From: a virus
Taxonomy: Duplodnaviria; Heunggongvirae; Uroviricota; Caudoviricetes
IMG/VR virus record: IMGVR_UViG_3300037504_000201
Span: 64,001-77,750 of that record
Direction: 5' to 3' (one strand)
DNA: 13,750 nt
This document shows positions 13,185 to 13,750 of this stretch, one piece after another. The notes below the pieces were generated by a model. That model had not been told where the DNA came from and did no database searches. It saw only the letters and a list, made by a program, of their open reading frames with translations. The first letter of the stretch is position 1, and each line of letters begins with the position of its first letter. The translations under genes and the position numbers were made by a program.

Positions 13185-13750
13185 TAACGGACTACCTGCG
13201 CGACCTGCAACGCAAGCGCGAGGCCGACCGCGCGAGGTGGTCAGACCGTCCGGTCTTTGACGCGCCACCCGACGACCGGCTGAATTATTCATTGTATCGC
13301 GGCGCGCCGCCGGAAGGCCAGCGCGTCATCGAGCAGATCACGCCCGGCGGGCCGGTCATGGGACAGGACGAGATCCGGGACTTGATTCAGCGCGAGGTGT
13401 ACGACTATTTGCGCTCCCCGTCGGGCCTTCTAATCCTACGCATCCCCGCCGGCGTCGGCAAGACCCACGCCATGATCGATGTGGCGCAAAAGCTGTCATA
13501 CCAAGACTGGCGCTGCTTGTTCACCGCAAGTCAGAAGAACTTTTGGGCAAGCTTGAATCGCTTCGAGTGCTTCAACCGTCGTCTCTGGTACAACTGGCAG
13601 CCCGTCCGACCTGCCACCGAGCAACAGCCCGCCACGTGTCGTTACGCCCACGAGATGATTTCGTGGATGAAAAAGGGCTACCCCGGCATGGAGATGTGCC
13701 TGCAACTTTGCACCGGCGACGGGCACATTCACGATTGCCCATTCCGCCGC
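13145..13750 (+). CDS. P-loop NTPase, SF2 helicase-like, with a Cys cluster; runs off the right end of the window
   Basis: Not in the ORF track. GTG at 13145 after AGGAG, open for 202 codons to the end. Walker A LILRIPAGVGKT (GKT at 13457-13465), then RCLFTAS and a Cys-rich TCRY...MCLQLCTGDGHIHDCPFRR. Confidence 0.8.
   Translation, partial: MPPPSPPPNKPTVVTDYLRDLQRKREADRARWSDRPVFDAPPDDRLNYSLYRGAPPEGQRVIEQITPGGPVMGQDEIRDLIQREVYDYLRSPSGLLILRIPAGVGKTHAMIDVAQKLSYQDWRCLFTASQKNFWASLNRFECFNRRLWYNWQPVRPATEQQPATCRYAHEMISWMKKGYPGMEMCLQLCTGDGHIHDCPFRR

Noticed and set aside
1-13750. Host assignment and a firm phage call
   Set aside because: No virion, terminase or integrase genes and no taxonomic markers are in the window; only the gene organisation is phage-like.

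Overview
GC-rich, phage-like or phage-plasmid-like mobile element segment. It appears to cover an early/regulatory region followed by a replication/maintenance region. No capsid, tail, terminase, integrase, tRNA, rRNA or CRISPR array is visible. Left part (1-6200): an XRE-HTH mini-operon, then leftward units driven by near-consensus sigma70 promoters that share a CAATTNCTTGACA motif. Two of these are self-contained promoter-gene-regulator-terminator cassettes lying between 47-bp AT-rich direct repeats. There is also a candidate ~65-nt sRNA with an anti-Shine-Dalgarno seed, and an operon of small membrane proteins plus an FtsK/SpoIIIE-type ATPase. Right part (6200-13750): a rightward run from a perfect TTGACA-N17-TATAAT promoter. 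It encodes a coiled-coil protein, an SSB-like protein, a ParM/ParR-type partition pair, a structured leader RNA, a ParB-N/HTH/N6-N4 DNA methyltransferase fusion coupled to a PD-(D/E)XK-like protein, two small tandem paralogs and a truncated Walker-A helicase-like gene. Two real genes run off the window ends and are missing from the ORF track. All family assignments come from motif recognition by eye; no database search was run.
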